DNA from: Camelus ferus
Lineage: Eukaryota
Direction of reading: 5' to 3'
NCBI RefSeq assembly: GCF_009834535.1
Contig: NC_045697.1
Location: forward strand, 20,648,001 to 20,712,000
DNA length: 64,000 bases
In this document: positions 38,040 through 50,874 of the stretch, in pieces
How the letters are laid out: every line of letters starts with the position of its first letter
Position numbering within the stretch: the first letter of the stretch is position 1
Translations under genes and position numbers: made by a program
Notes under the pieces: model-generated
What the model was told of the DNA's origin: nothing
The model's input: the letters and a program-made list of their open reading frames with translations, nothing else
Databases searched by the model: none

Positions 38040-39180
38040 TAATCTAATTATTGCAAAGACCACCTGTATTTCCTAACTCTGAATGTCCTTCTAATTAAGC
38101 CTTTATGCTTCACTCAACTCTGCTTTATAAAATGAGAATCTGGCATATTTCTCACTTGAATTACAAATGTTAATAATGTTCCCTTTCCTTCTAAGGTATA
38201 TGTGTTAATTTCCCATGGCTACTGTAACAAAATTTCACAAATTTAGCAGCTTAAAACAACCCACATTTATTCTTTTATGGTTCTGGAGGTCAGAAATCTA
38301 AAATCAAGGTGGTAACAGGGCTATGTTCTTTTCAGAAACATCAGGGGAAAGTCAATTTCCTTGTCTTTCTCAGATTCTAGAGGCTCGCTCGTTCTTTGAC
38401 TCTTGGACCATTGGGAGCATCCCTCTGACCTCTTGCTACTGTTGTCATATTTCTTGCTACTGACACAAATTCTCCTGCATTCCTTTTCAAGGGACTCCAT
38501 GATTACAGTTAATATAATTCATAATATAGGGGAATATATTAATATTACATACCCTAGTTAATAAGGGATAATCTCCCCATCTCAAGATCTTTAATTTAAT
38601 CATATCTGTAAAATTATTTTGACCATGTTAGGTAATACATTCACAGATTCTAGGGATGAGGATGTAGGCATCTTGGGAGGGGCCATTATTCAGCCTACCA
38701 TAGAATATATTCAAATTCATTAGAATATTTTTAAGGGCCTTCATCATCTTCATTATCTGGTCTCAAACTGCCTTCTACTGCTCTCCTTCACTCTCTGCTA
38801 TTTTAATTCTATCCTATGACTTCTACATTACATAACTACACACAACATTGTCAATACATCGTTCACTTTCAATCTATGTGAGTTTCCTTATACTCTTTTG
38901 TCCTCATAAGATGCTTTTTCTAAGTATTTTGCACTTGGGTAAATACTACACATTTTCCCAAAATCCAGACTAAATTTTGGGGTCTTCTCTGCTTCTAGAA
39001 TACCCTGATATTTGCATTATCATAGAACATATCATGCTATACAGTAATTAAATATGTATTTGTCTACTTTTCTAGACTGTTAACAACTTCAGACTTAGGG
39101 CCTTTTAAAATTCCCACTGCCTTTTTCACATAAAACACAGAACGTAGCCAAAAAACATTGTAGTTTATGAAATTAATGAA
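38040..39180 (+). mobile_element. L2 3' region split by MLT1D
   Basis: aagggccttca, tcatagaacatatcatgctatacagtaatt and tgtctacttttctagactgt flank the LTR collinearly. Confidence 0.6.
38201..38702 (-). mobile_element. MLT1D-like solo LTR
   Basis: ggctactgtaacaaa, gttctggaggtcagaaatc, ggataatctccccatctcaagatc, ggggccattattcagcctacca. Residual 5-bp TSD gtata / gaata. Confidence 0.9.
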
Positions 39181-39245
39181 ATTGCTTGACAATCTATATA
39201 GGTGATGACAGCTCTGAGGGACACAGTGCCTTGATTTGTTACTCT

Positions 39246-39700
39246 TTATATCAGCTGGAGGTCTTAGTTGCAAAAAAATAGAAATCCCTTACAGCTAGGT
39301 TTTTGAGACAGTTAATATGATAAAGAATGTTAGCTAGCTCACAGAATCTCCCAAAAGACAAAGAAATAGGCTTTGGGGTTATGTAGCCAGGAATAATAGC
39401 CAAATCATACCATTAGATGGTTCCTTTGGGGCCCAGTGAGATGCTACTGCCTCATGTAGACACCTAGAATCACATACACAAATGTTACCACTAGGCCTTG
39501 GCCACTGTTGCTTCTAAAAACTACTCTTTCTGTTCCCTTTGCCAGGAAGGTGCTAGAAAGACTGATTCTTCCCATTTGATTATATGACAGGCAGAACCCA
39601 TGGCACATGCCTGTACACCAGTGGTGTATTAGTTTGGAATACTTACTTCTGGCTATACTTTTAGATGAATGAATTCTTTAGGTGAGAAACATCTCCAATT
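39246..39700 (-). mobile_element. Ancient LTR (LTR78 / MLT1M-N-like)
   Basis: ggtcttagttgcaaaaaaatagaaa...tagctcacagaatctc...gccaggaataatagccaaatcatacca. Confidence 0.55.
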
Positions 39701-40214
39701 TGAAAATATTAAAAATCATTAAGTTGTTAAAGAGGTTAATAATTTTAACTATGCCTTTTAGAGAAGTAATGCAGATGTAGGTAAGTCTTTTCCGTAAATT
39801 TGCCTAAAGAGAGAAATTGCAAATCAAAACTATAGCTTATGGGATAATGACATTTTTTTTCATTTGGAGGGGCAGCAAACATCCCAAGAAATGTTGATTT
39901 TTTGTATTATCAAAATGAAATATTCATTTTTATGTAAGGGTCCAGTCAACCGGTTAATGCTATGAGACATGCACTTAGCAGCAGTATTGAACAGTGACTC
40001 ATTTGCATTAAAAGATGATAAAAGTTGTCTAGTGTAGTAATGGATAGTTCATTAGATTAGTAATAGAATTGTGGTCCATTCTGCCTTAGGTTACCAATCA
40101 AAATCCATCAGTATGCTTTAGGCATAAAAGCAACTCTCTTTCTGGTGAGGTTAATTGTTTTGTCCTGTCTGAATGGAAAGCAACTTAGTTTTTAAAGGAG
40201 TAAACTCAATGGGG

Positions 40215-40396
40215 GAATAGGATTAAAAACACTGGGCTTGGAGTCAGGAGACCAGTCTTTTAATGCTAGTGGGGTACTGACTAGCTAACAAAAAACAGAG
40301 AGAATCAAAATTCTCTTGCCCCTTTGCTGTCATATATAGAATTTAAGGGGAAGACTAGATCTCTTATGTCCCTGTTAGATTAAATATTCTGTGAGT
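40215..40396 (+). mobile_element. MIR3/MIRc-like SINE
   Basis: aacactgggcttggagtcaggagacc...gactagatctct...aatattctgtga. Confidence 0.7.
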
Positions 40397-41144
40397 AACT
40401 AGAAAGATAATTTTCTAATCATATGTTTTACAGACTGAAAAAACATCTAACCCACAGTGAATAAAATAAAGTAAATTTTATATGGGCTGTTACCTATTTT
40501 TGGCAACTGGTAAAGCTGTTCCCTTTGTGTTTCTAGAATATGTAGCTGCAAGATCCAAAAAAAAAAAGGTTTCGTTCCTCATCCCAATTCCTCTGCCCTT
40601 GTGCAAGGAACTGATTTCTTCACGGCTCTGTGTCCTCTACCATAAGGTGGACGTCATTGCGCTGCTTTCCTTACACTACATTTGCATTAAAAGATGGTGA
40701 AAGCCAAATGAATAATGCAGAAGGAAGTTATTTGCAACCTAAAATTCTCTGTTATTATAAGGATCCTTTCTATGCATGTTACTTTCATAGCTCAGCTAAT
40801 GCAGAGCTTTAAAGTCAAACAAATGGTCAATAATTTATTGAAGAACTTGCCCTGTAAAAGTCAAAATACGAGGTTAGACTATTACAAACAGTCCACACAC
40901 CCTGTTAGTGGACAGAGATGTGGGGAAAAAGATTGTGAGGAAAACTGTTACTAGAATTATGTGGCTTCTTCACAATTACACCTTGTACGATATAGAAACA
41001 TAGTGATACAGCAAGTCAACAATTATTTTTAAAATGGCACCCATGATTATACACACACACGTGTGTGTGTATACATACATAGAGTTAGAGATATGTATAA
41101 ACAGAAAATAGTCATATATAAACACACACATAAAAATTGACTTT

Positions 41145-41470
41145 TATTTTTAGATTAGCAGAATGTTAGAAACAAAACAAATGCTCAGCATTAGGGAATA
41201 GTTGACTGTGTTACATGCATTTTGAATATCATGTAGCAATTAAAACATTATTTAGAACTGTACCAGTGGATTGTATTTCTGTCGGGCATGTAAGGGATAG
41301 TCATTCACTAACAATTTTTCTGGTTATAGTTGTTAGTGAGAAAGGACGATGCAGAAAAAACTGTCAAGGAAACAGTGATTAAAAGGAATGTGTATAGATG
41401 TGTGTGTTCAGGAGGCAACCTGGGAAATCCTGGAGAGATACAACAAAGTGATAAGATGATCTGGGGCTCA
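41145..41470 (+). mobile_element. L1ME-like 3' UTR fragment
   Basis: tagaaacaaaacaaatgctcagcattagggaatagtt...gaatatcatgtagcaattaaaa. Confidence 0.55.
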
Positions 41471-42184
41471 ATATAATGGATGCATGACTACAATTTAGAA
41501 AAAGTGGAATAAAACACAATCAAATGAGAAGATACAGCACCATCAGTGAGGGAGGGGTATGACCTAACAGTTCAAGTGTTCTATCAAGGATAATGAGGCT
41601 CGGCTATTTACAGTCCAGATGGGAGGCAGTGAGGTATCTGATTGATAGATGAATGGAACTGATCATTTTTGTGAGAGTTCTAGAAAAAAAATGAAAAGAT
41701 GGGTTACAGGAGGCAGATTTCAGTTTTAGTTCGTATGTCACTACGGAAGTGTTAAGTGGGTTGGCTGCTCCCTTCTGTGCCCTGAAGTTCGGGGCTAAGC
41801 TCCACTTGCTGGTGTCAAAATGTTTGGCTGCCAACATTAGCTCAAGTTTTTGAGTCTCCCTCCTACAAATGTATCTTAGATTTCTTTTAATATTCTTTCT
41901 AGATTAGTGGTTAGCTCTCTAGTTAGCTGTCATTTTTTTGTTAATGTTTTAAAATATTTATTAGGTAAAATGCTCTTTCTAGTCTGTAAATTTTCCTAGA
42001 GAAAAAAATGAACAATTATCAGATGTGAGAGAGGTGGCCATGCCTCATTTGTGAGTAGCATCTGATATACAAATAATATTGTATTCAGGAAATTTATAAT
42101 GTTGATCTTTATGAAATTAAATAGTATGACCAGTTTATTTCAGTTGTTGATATATCTAACTGGAAACACACAGACGATTTGACC

Positions 42185-42368
42185 ATGTTCAAATTCCAGC
42201 TCTGTTTGCTACTTATATAACTTGGGCTAATATACTTAGTTTCTCCAAACTGCAGTTTTCTCACTGAAAAAAGTAACCTTGTGTTTTATGTATCAAATGA
42301 GATAATGTTAATAAAGCACTTAAAAGTGCTTGCCAAAAATTTAATAAATGGCAAAAGTTACTATTATT
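42185..42368 (+). mobile_element. MIR
   Basis: gttcaaattccagctctg...cttgggctaatatacttag...aaatgagataatgttaataaagcactta. Confidence 0.75.
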
Positions 42369-42534
42369 AAACAGTGTTTTCATAAAGGGCTCATTTCACA
42401 TATGAAGAATGCATCAAATAATTTCATTTTAATCATAAAGTTAAGAAGTATTACACCTAAGGCAGTGTGGCAATATGAATGAAAGAGAGATTTGGGATAA
42501 AATTTAGTCAAACAAATATCCTGCACATTTAATA

Positions 42535-42715
42535 TAGACTAGGGTTTAAGAAGTCACTGAGATGGGCCTCAAATTTTTATCTTTAAAATTGAGATGATTA
42601 GGAGATTCTTTATTCATTTTTCAGCTTTAACTTGAGAATCAAATTACACAAAATACACTAAAGGTCTTTTTAAATTGTAAAGTGCTATACAAATGTGAGC
42701 TGTTATGATAATTTT
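42535..42715 (+). mobile_element. MIR/MIR3 fragment
   Basis: aagtcact...gggcctcaaatttttatctttaaaattgagatga...tgtaaagtgctatacaaatgtgag. Confidence 0.6.
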
Positions 42716-42974
42716 ATAGTTCAAAATGTCTCTATACTAACTTCTTTTAAATGCCGGATTTTGTAGGTCTTTAGGAAATTCACTCATTTCATTATCAATT
42801 TTTTAAAAAATTAAAGGAGGTGCAGCACAAGAGAAAAATGACTTTAAAACAAGAACAATGAGGCAAACTGTTCATGAAAGCTAACATTTTCAAGATTGAA
42901 AGAGGCTATCTGAGTAGGTACCCCAGTGAGACTTTGGGAAAAAAAAATCGAATATGATAGTCTGTATGATCTCC

Positions 42975-43645
42975 TTTTTTAAATTTTTCAAAAAATTTTA
43001 TACAATTTTAAAGGTTATTTTCCACTTACAGTTATTACAAAGTGTTGGCTATATTCTCCATGTAATACAATACATTCTTGAGTCTATCTTACACCCAATA
43101 GTCTGTACCCACCATTCCCCCACCCCTATGTTGCCCCTCAAGTGGTAACCATTAGTTTGTTCTCTATATCTTTGAGTCTGCTTCTTTTATCTTATATTCA
43201 CTAGTTTTTGTATTTTTTAATATTCTACATATAAGTGATATCATACAGTATTTATCTGTCTCTGTCTGACTTACTTCACTTAGAGTAATGTCCTCCAAGT
43301 CCATCCATGCTGCTGCAAATAGCAAAATCTCATCCTTTTTTATGGCTGAGAAGTATTCCATTGAGTATATATACTACATCTTTTTTATCTATTCATCTGT
43401 CAATGGATACTTAAGTTGCTTCCATGTCTTAATAGTGCTGCTATGAACAGTGTGGTGATTGTATCTTTTAGAATGAGAGGTTTGGTTTTTCAGATACATA
43501 CCCAAGAGGAGAATTGCTGGGTTATATGGTAGTTCTATTTTTAGTTTTCTGAGAAATCTCCATAATGTTTTCCACAGTGGCTGCACCAATTTACATTTCC
43601 ACCTACAGAGGACAAGGTTTCCCTTTTCTCCACATCCTTGCCAAG
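42975..43645 (-). mobile_element. 5'-truncated L1 (ORF2 end and 3' UTR)
   Basis: ORFs read [29 protein letters not shown] and MEYFSAIKKDEILLFAAAWMDLEDITLSEVSQ. Confidence 0.9.
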
Positions 43646-43802
43646 ATTTCTACAAGAACTTCTTATCACTTCCAGTTATCCATTTCATAAAAAGCATTTG
43701 CCATTAATGTTATTTCCATAGAATTTTAACATTAAACTGTATATTATTTTCAAGTAACTCCTCGTATTCTATAATACTGTCTTGCTTTGAGATGAATATT
43801 TG

Positions 43803-44060
43803 TTTTCTGTTTTTCTTTTTTTCCCCTTTTTTTATTGAAGTATAGTCAGTTCACAATGTTGTGTCAATTTCTGGTGTACAGCATAACGATTCAGTTATAC
43901 ATATGTATATATTTTCTTTTTCGTTTTCTTATTCACTATAGGCTATTACAGGATGTTGAATATAGTTGCCTGTGCTACACAGTAGGACCTTGCTATTTAT
44001 CTACTTTATACATAGTGATTAGTACTCTCAATGTATCCCTTTACAGCTCCACCTTTCCCT
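43803..44060 (-). mobile_element. Short young L1 3' end, same family as 19801-21149
   Basis: T-rich tail, then ttattgaagtatagtcagttcacaatgttgtgtcaatttctggtgtacagc. Perfect 14-bp TSD gagatgaatatttg at 43789-43802 and 44072-44085. Confidence 0.92.
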
Positions 44061-45504
44061 AAAAGGAGAAAGAGATGAATATTTGAAAGGGAAAAGTAAA
44101 GAGGAATTATTCTGAAAGGAATAAGGAAAGGAGAAGAGTTGAATAAGGGGAATTATTGATTCATTTATAAATGCCAAATAACTGTGTTTAACCACAGTCA
44201 GAAAAAGCAAGGAACCAAGAGGAGTTAGCTCCATTGGCAGGGGATTACGCTTTAATCTTCCACCTGTGATGGCATTAGCACTAAACCAATCCCTTGAAAG
44301 AATTTTTACAAACATAGATAAAACTGATCTTGGACTTATGGGCCATGTTGATTTTAACAAAATTTTGATTAAACTTGACTGTGGCATAGTTGTTTCTTCC
44401 AAAGGAATATGGAGTATAAACTGAGTCCTGGGAGACCTCCACATTAACTCACTGTCATTCTGAAGGTCCTAGATTAAGTGTATAGTTTGATCACAAAACT
44501 CTGGGCAAAGGCTCTTTGTTTATTTTTCTGACTAGGATCTGCATCATCAAAATGCAACCAAGAAAAACAAACACATTATTTTTCAAAGAAGACTTCATTT
44601 CTGTATATTTAAAAGAAATTTCCTCATTTGTATGTTTCTTCAAAATGCTGAATGTTGTCATTTAAAAACAGTGTTTGAGAGTTATTGATGATCTTCCATA
44701 TGTCAAATATTTTTATACACTAGGGAAGTTCTCCAGTCACCCCAACACCCCACCCCCACTTACCCACCTACCCACCAACCCACAACATCAATGAAGTGAT
44801 GTTGTTAACGGTGGCTACCAAAGAGAGAACTCATCCAATCACTTCCATTTCTTGGCAGGAGAATACATAAAGCCAAGCTGGACCAGCAGTATGAAATGTA
44901 TCAAATATCTGGTCATACTGTTGATCTAAGAATTGATCATTGATCAGTAGACTAGTCAGTATTACTGGAGTATTTTCAGATGCTCCAGGGTTTGCAATCT
45001 AGAGTGGAGTAAAACGTCATTTTCTCTCTAGTAACCATCCTATGAGGCTTTGAGCCTAATGCTGACTGTAGAGACAAGATGCTTTGAGGGAGAGACTATG
45101 GAAATTTGTTCCAGGTTACAGTCTTCTCAGCTAGCCCAGGTACCTTTCCTGTTTATGCACGCTTACTCTGTGCCTACCCCCATACTAGTCTGAGATGCAT
45201 TTTTATCACTTGAAATAAAGGGAGATAAATGAGCATAAATGTAAGTATATTTAGCCAGTTAGTACTTTGACCCATGCAACATATAATGTTATAAATGGAA
45301 ACTTTCAACCAAATATCTGTCTGCTAATTGTGAAGACTGAAATTGATGTTTGATTGCCCAATTTAGCGAATGACTATAATCCAGGTTACATATATTTTTA
45401 GTTAATTAAATATTCCACTTTGTGTATGCAAAGATAGAATGAGATTGTAGACATTGACCTGGAATGCCTGAGGGTCATGGTTTTATATAAAAAGTATCAG
45501 TGAC

Positions 45505-45790
45505 AGCCATTGAAGAGAATATAAGTTCCAGAAGGGTGAGCTCTGTATGATATTTATCTTGGCATCAATAACACCAGGAATAGTGACTGCCATGTAATAA
45601 GCACTTAGGAATATTTTTGAACATATTGGTAGGTGAATTTAACAGAAATAATTAAAAATATGGCATTAGGAATTACAGTGATTGCAGCCTCTATTTGGAG
45701 CCCTGCCTCTTCTGTTTGTTAATTGTGATTTCAGGAAATAATGCAACCTATATGCTCTACTTTTGTCAACTTTAACATCTGGATATAAAT
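45505..45790 (+). mobile_element. L2 3' terminus (about 45505-45640) followed by a MIR fragment (about 45660-45790)
   Basis: agaatataagttccagaaggg...ccaggaatagtgactgccatgtaataagcactta, then gagccctgcctcttctg...tgtgatttcaggaaa. Confidence 0.55.
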
Positions 45791-46229
45791 AAAACCTGAA
45801 GTATTAAGACCATTGCAAACTGGCAATAGTGAATCCATTCACCATTATGAAAACAAATGGAAATAAACAGGCAAGAATAAAAGATTCATACTTTTTGGTT
45901 TTAGATTGCTGCACTCCTCACTGATAAATCTGAGCAACACTTATTTTAAAACTGTCCAAATAAATTATTAAAATTGCAAATAAAATTGTTTCATTTCTCT
46001 TAGTTAAAAGTGGTTAATCACTAAGATTAATTTTTTTGTTTTCAGCTAATATGGATGTTAGAATAAGAACCAGAGGTTTTGGATTGGAAGTGGTTTGAGG
46101 GATTAGTGAAGCTGAAATGATCAGTTTGCAGAGGTGACATAAGAGAGGAGAACATACCAGTAGATTTATAAGTAACTAGATATGGCCGTACATTGAGTCC
46201 TACCCAGAATTAGTTACCATGCCATTACC

Positions 46230-46515
46230 ATGACAGGGACTAACTGTTGGTATTTCCTAAAACCCTGTGTTCCTCTTTTTGGTGGCATATTTGACTATAT
46301 TCTCCTGGCCCTTTATTTCTTAAAGGGGACAGTCACTACTTCTGACCAATGCGCATGTTGCTGTGGCAACAAATGGAAAAAGTTTGGGCATCTAAAGGAG
46401 TTTATACACCAGATCCCTTTAATTACTCACACTGGACTGCGGTGTAAAAAAATTATTTTAATGTTATAAGCAACTAAGATTTTGTCATTACTTCTTACAT
46501 TTATCCTAATGTACT
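46230..46515 (+). mobile_element. MLT1I/J-like solo LTR with internal deletion
   Basis: gactatattctcctggcc...acttctgaccaatg...tgttataagcaactaagatttt. Confidence 0.55.
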
Positions 46516-47464
46516 TACTATCTCCTGAATATTTAAATCTCTATAATTTTATCAAAAAGATCTTAACTAGTAAACATTTGACCTATTGCTCTCTGTATAA
46601 TTTTTAAAATTAAAATGTGGGAATAATTACAGTATTTTCCAACATCAAAAATTATGGAGCAACATTTAATTAACTATCATGAGACTATTAGTTAATAAGA
46701 GATGATATTTAAATAGAAATATATATAGTATATATATATATGTATTTTATTTTTTATTTGTTTTGCATTTTTAATAAGTGGGAAATAGTTTATTATATGT
46801 AAGATAATTTTTTGAGTTATCATTCTGCCAAGCCTATTCTTTTTTAAAGTTGTTGAAATGAAGTATTTGAAGGAAAAGTAAAACCTATTTAGGTTCAGTG
46901 AAAACTTAATAGAAGTTTGAGAGTAATACTCAGAATAATGCAGTAAAAGCAACATTTAATTTCTATATCATTTTTGGCAAACACCGTAGAATTGTTTAGG
47001 GAAAATGACCTAAAATTTCTCATAAGTGAGTCTTTTTTTGTTGTTGTTACATAAGTTGTTATTCTTCCCAGAAACAAATACTTAAATTATATGCATTGAG
47101 CATAAATAGTTTTTAATTCTTACTCTTTGTGCTAATCCTCAATCAATTCAGATATATTTAGATTTTCTTGAACTAAAACTGACATTTAACAGAGGTTGAA
47201 ATTACAGACATGTGTCACTGTGAGTATGCATTTCTATGTATTTTCTTCTTAGCGTTGTATTTCAGCATTCTGATCAAGAATTCCAGAGTTGAAAAAGTGA
47301 CTGCTGCCTGTGGAAAGGAATGAGGAAGCAGATCTTTCAAATTTTATAAGGGCAAAAGCAAACTACACCTTAATAGAAATTAGTCTCTCAGAATATTTTT
47401 CCTCTATTAAATTAGAACCCTAGTTTGCTACCTGCTATTGGTATAGCTGTGTTTGAAAAAGGCA

Positions 47465-47600
47465 TCCAGCAGAATCTCTGATGACATTTTCATGAACAAG
47501 AGGGAAACATGTGAGCAGGTTGACAATATTTAGTTAAATTGGAAGCTATTTGAACAACTTCACTTTTAAAGAATACTGATAAATGAATGAATCAATGTTC
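47465..47600 (+). mobile_element. CR1/L3 RT fragment
   Basis: atctctgatgacattttcatgaacaagagggaaacatgtgagcaggttgac...gctatttgaacaac...aagaatactgataaatg resembles the L3 segment HDILVDK...WLN...QRVLING. Confidence 0.6.
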
Positions 47601-48009
47601 TCTAGATCTGTTTCCCCAAATATTATTTGTGCAATGAGCCTCCCCTTAATTTGCATGTGTATGACACTTTCTAAATAGCCATTGGTTCAAAGATACCAGA
47701 AAAATGTTAAAATAGATAATGTTTTTATGGTAGCATGGGAGAGTGACAATATTTTGATTTAGTAATCATCAATAGTTTCTCAGTCTATTAGGTGAAACTT
47801 TGGCAGATGAGTGGAAAATACAGACAGCACTGGGCAAGAACATACGGACCTGGCTTGGGAGAAAGTTGATGCGGAACTCTGTGTCACCTCAACAGAGGAG
47901 GCTAATGGCTTGAAACAGCTAGATTATGTGTAAGCTTCGTAAAGGCAGAGGCTGTTGTCTCCACTCTGCTTATTCTTAGGTGCTCCTGGCTCCTGCGGCT
48001 GTTCTGCTT

Positions 48010-48495
48010 GATCGATTTTGTTGCCTGGGGGATAGCATCTCATTATATCCTTCTGCTTCTAATCTTGCCTTCCATCCAGTCATTCCCAACTCACCATTAG
48101 AAAACAGCTTTTTAAAACTCAAATTTGTCTCTATCTTCTCCTTAAAACCTTAAATCTATTAGCACCTCGAATTTTTAATTTGTAAGACAATGAATGTTAC
48201 ATCAATTCCCTACCACCTTTCTAAACTCTTGGTCTCACTGTCACATTTTCGATGAGGCCCATTCTGTCCATCCTCTTTGAAAGAACAAATCATCTGTTCC
48301 CACTTTTATCTTGCAGTTTCCATTTTACTTATCACTTTGAACCAAAATAAGATCTACTTGTTTACTCTATTTATTATTGTTAGTTCCCTCTGCCATTCCC
48401 ATCAATATGAGGTTCTTCATCTATTTTTTTTCACTGTTGTAATCTAGTTCCTATTAGCACTCAATAAATATTATTGTTTAATTAAAGTTGAGTGG
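48010..48495 (+). mobile_element. L2 3' fragment
   Basis: ctgcttctaatcttgcc...cttaaaacctt...ttcactgttgtaatc...gcactcaataaatatt. Confidence 0.7.
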
Positions 48496-49169
48496 ATAAA
48501 ACTGATTCCTACTGAATTTCATGTAATAATTCTAAAGATGCTTACTTTCTATGAAAAATACGTTTTCAAGAGAATATGTCATTTCAATAGCCAAAAATGT
48601 TTGGAGGAGGTTATTTCTCAGCAGAGGAAATATCCACACTAAATTTTAATTTAATTAAACTAAAACATAAAAAGTCAGCATAACAATGCATTATATTTCT
48701 ATTCTGTAAACATTTTTTTTGTCCTCAGTCCTCAAATAGATGTTTAGATATAACACAACAAAGACTGTGTATTCCAGACAAAATTGAAGTGTCAACATTA
48801 TCATGGAATAATGTTTAAAAATATTTTAGATTTTTTCTGCAATAAAAGACGTGGCAGAAAAACAGTTCTCCAATAGTGTTGAGTGTCACTCTGATAAAAA
48901 ATAATCAATTTCCTTCCAAACTGTTACTGTTATTTGATTAGATTATTTCAATATACATCTCATGTACCATATACTCTAGCTGTATGTTCATTTAGGGACA
49001 TGACATGTTTCCTGAGAAACTAGAAATTCCCTTAGTTTGGGACTTCCATCAAAGGAATCTTTTGCATTAAAGAGCATTTACAATAAATCATCACTTTGTC
49101 ATGTCTTTTATTTTTTTTTTCCCTTTCTTAATTCCCAGAAAAACTCATTAAGTAAACACAATAAGACAC

Positions 49170-49375
49170 ATGGAGTCCACTGCATTAGAATCTAGGGGGA
49201 GGTGGTCATGGGGAAGTTATTTCATATTTCTAATCTACAGAATTCTAATCTGTAATATGGTGATAAAAGCAATGTAAATCACATGGCATAGGGGAATTAA
49301 ATAAGCTAAAAACTAAAAATTGCTCAAAAGAAAGCCTAAAACATATTGATCACTAATATTTTTGTTACTATTGTT
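49170..49375 (+). mobile_element. MIR
   Basis: tggagtccactgc...ggaagttattt...ctaatctgtaatatggtgataa. Confidence 0.6.
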
Positions 49376-49639
49376 CTTTCTACCAATGCACATTAGAAAC
49401 TTTAAAGAAGAGTGTATCTCACTAAAGAAACGAATTTCTGAACAACAAGGTTATCACTAAATAAAAGAGAAAATAAATAAATAAATAAAGCCCTGAAGGA
49501 GGTAGGAACATCAATAAATCACTGCATTCTAATCTCTCTGAGAAGGTCAGATTTGTCAACAGAGGGTACAAAGGATGGTGTTAGAGGGGTCCTGTTATTT
49601 TTTATTTAATTCCTAGATATATAAATTTGAAAAAGACCA

Positions 49640-49820
49640 TGAGCAATGGGACATGTGGGCTTCGATTAAAACTCAACAATTCTAAAATGGGTCTGGTCAT
49701 TTGTAAAATTTCCAATCACCCTCAGTCTTACTGTTCTCATATGTAAAATGAAATAGGGTTATCAGACAAATTAAATGACTAAATGTAAAAATTGGTCCTT
49801 AATAAAGTAGTTCATTTTGT
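49640..49820 (+). mobile_element. MIR fragment
   Basis: ctcatatgtaaaatgaaata...attaaatga...taataaagtagtt. Confidence 0.5.
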
Positions 49821-50061
49821 CCTTCCTTCTCCTTTTTCTCCCTGTAAGCAGAGGTATTGATCCCAGCACCTCCTGTGTATTTCCCTTCCCTGTCTCTGAA
49901 ATCAACTCAGAATTTTAAAAGAAAGAATTTAAAGAGGCTGTCACATTATGCTTTAACAAATTATTTTTATCTTTCAAGTGTTCCCGTCTAGAACCTATCT
50001 TAGAATAGTTATAACAAAAGAAGGCATCAGCCTATCATATTAGTTTCTCTCTTTACATTTA

Positions 50062-50874
50062 TGTATATATTTTATTCTGGTTTGACAAATAAAGTTGTAA
50101 AATCATTAAAGTGTACAATGTGATGTTTTGATATACATACACGTTGTGAAAGGATTCCTCTCACCACATTAACTAATGCATTCATCACCCACATATTTAT
50201 CCTTTTTTTTTTTTTTTGGTGAGAACATGTAAGTTCTATTTTCTTAGCAAATTTCAAGTATGCAATAAGGTGTTATCAACTATATTCACCATAGTTTACA
50301 TTAGATCCTCAGATCTTATTTATCTTAAAGCTAAAAGCTTGCTCCCTTTTACCAACTTCTTCCTATTTCTCCCACCTCCCCCAGTTCCTGGGAACAGCGT
50401 TTTTACTCTGTTTCTATGAGTTTAACTTTTTTTTTTTTTTTAGATTCCATAGGTAAGTGATACAATACAGTGCTCATCTTTTCCTCTCTGGCTTATTTCA
50501 CTAAGCATGATGCACTCTGTATTGTCACAAATGGCAAGATTTCCTTATTTTTTAATCCATTCATCTGTCAGTGGACACTGAGGCACTTAGGCCGTTTTCG
50601 TTACTTGGCTATTGTGAATGAAGGTGCAATGAACAAGAGACTCATGTATGTCTTCAGGCAATGATTTTATTTCCCCCAGATATACATCCAGGAGTGAGAT
50701 TACTCAATCATATAATAGTTCCATTTTTAATTTTTTGAGGAAATTGCATAGTGTTTTCCATAGTTTATAATCCTACCAGCAGTGGACAAGGGTTCCCTTT
50801 TCTCCACATCCTCACCATCATTTTTTACCTCTTGTCTTTTGGATAATACCATTCAACAAGTGTGAAGTGATTTA
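50062..50874 (-). mobile_element. 5'-truncated L1 (L1MA-type 3' UTR and ORF2 end)
   Basis: aaagtgtacaatgtgatgttttgatatac, tcttagcaaatttcaagta, agggttcccttttctccacatcctcacca. Candidate TSD tttacattta at 50052 and 50875, giving a TTTT/AA-type target on the minus strand. Confidence 0.88.

Noticed and set aside
44028..44444. 138-aa minus-strand ORF
   Set aside because: No recognisable domain, and its end runs into a young L1 insertion and its TSD.
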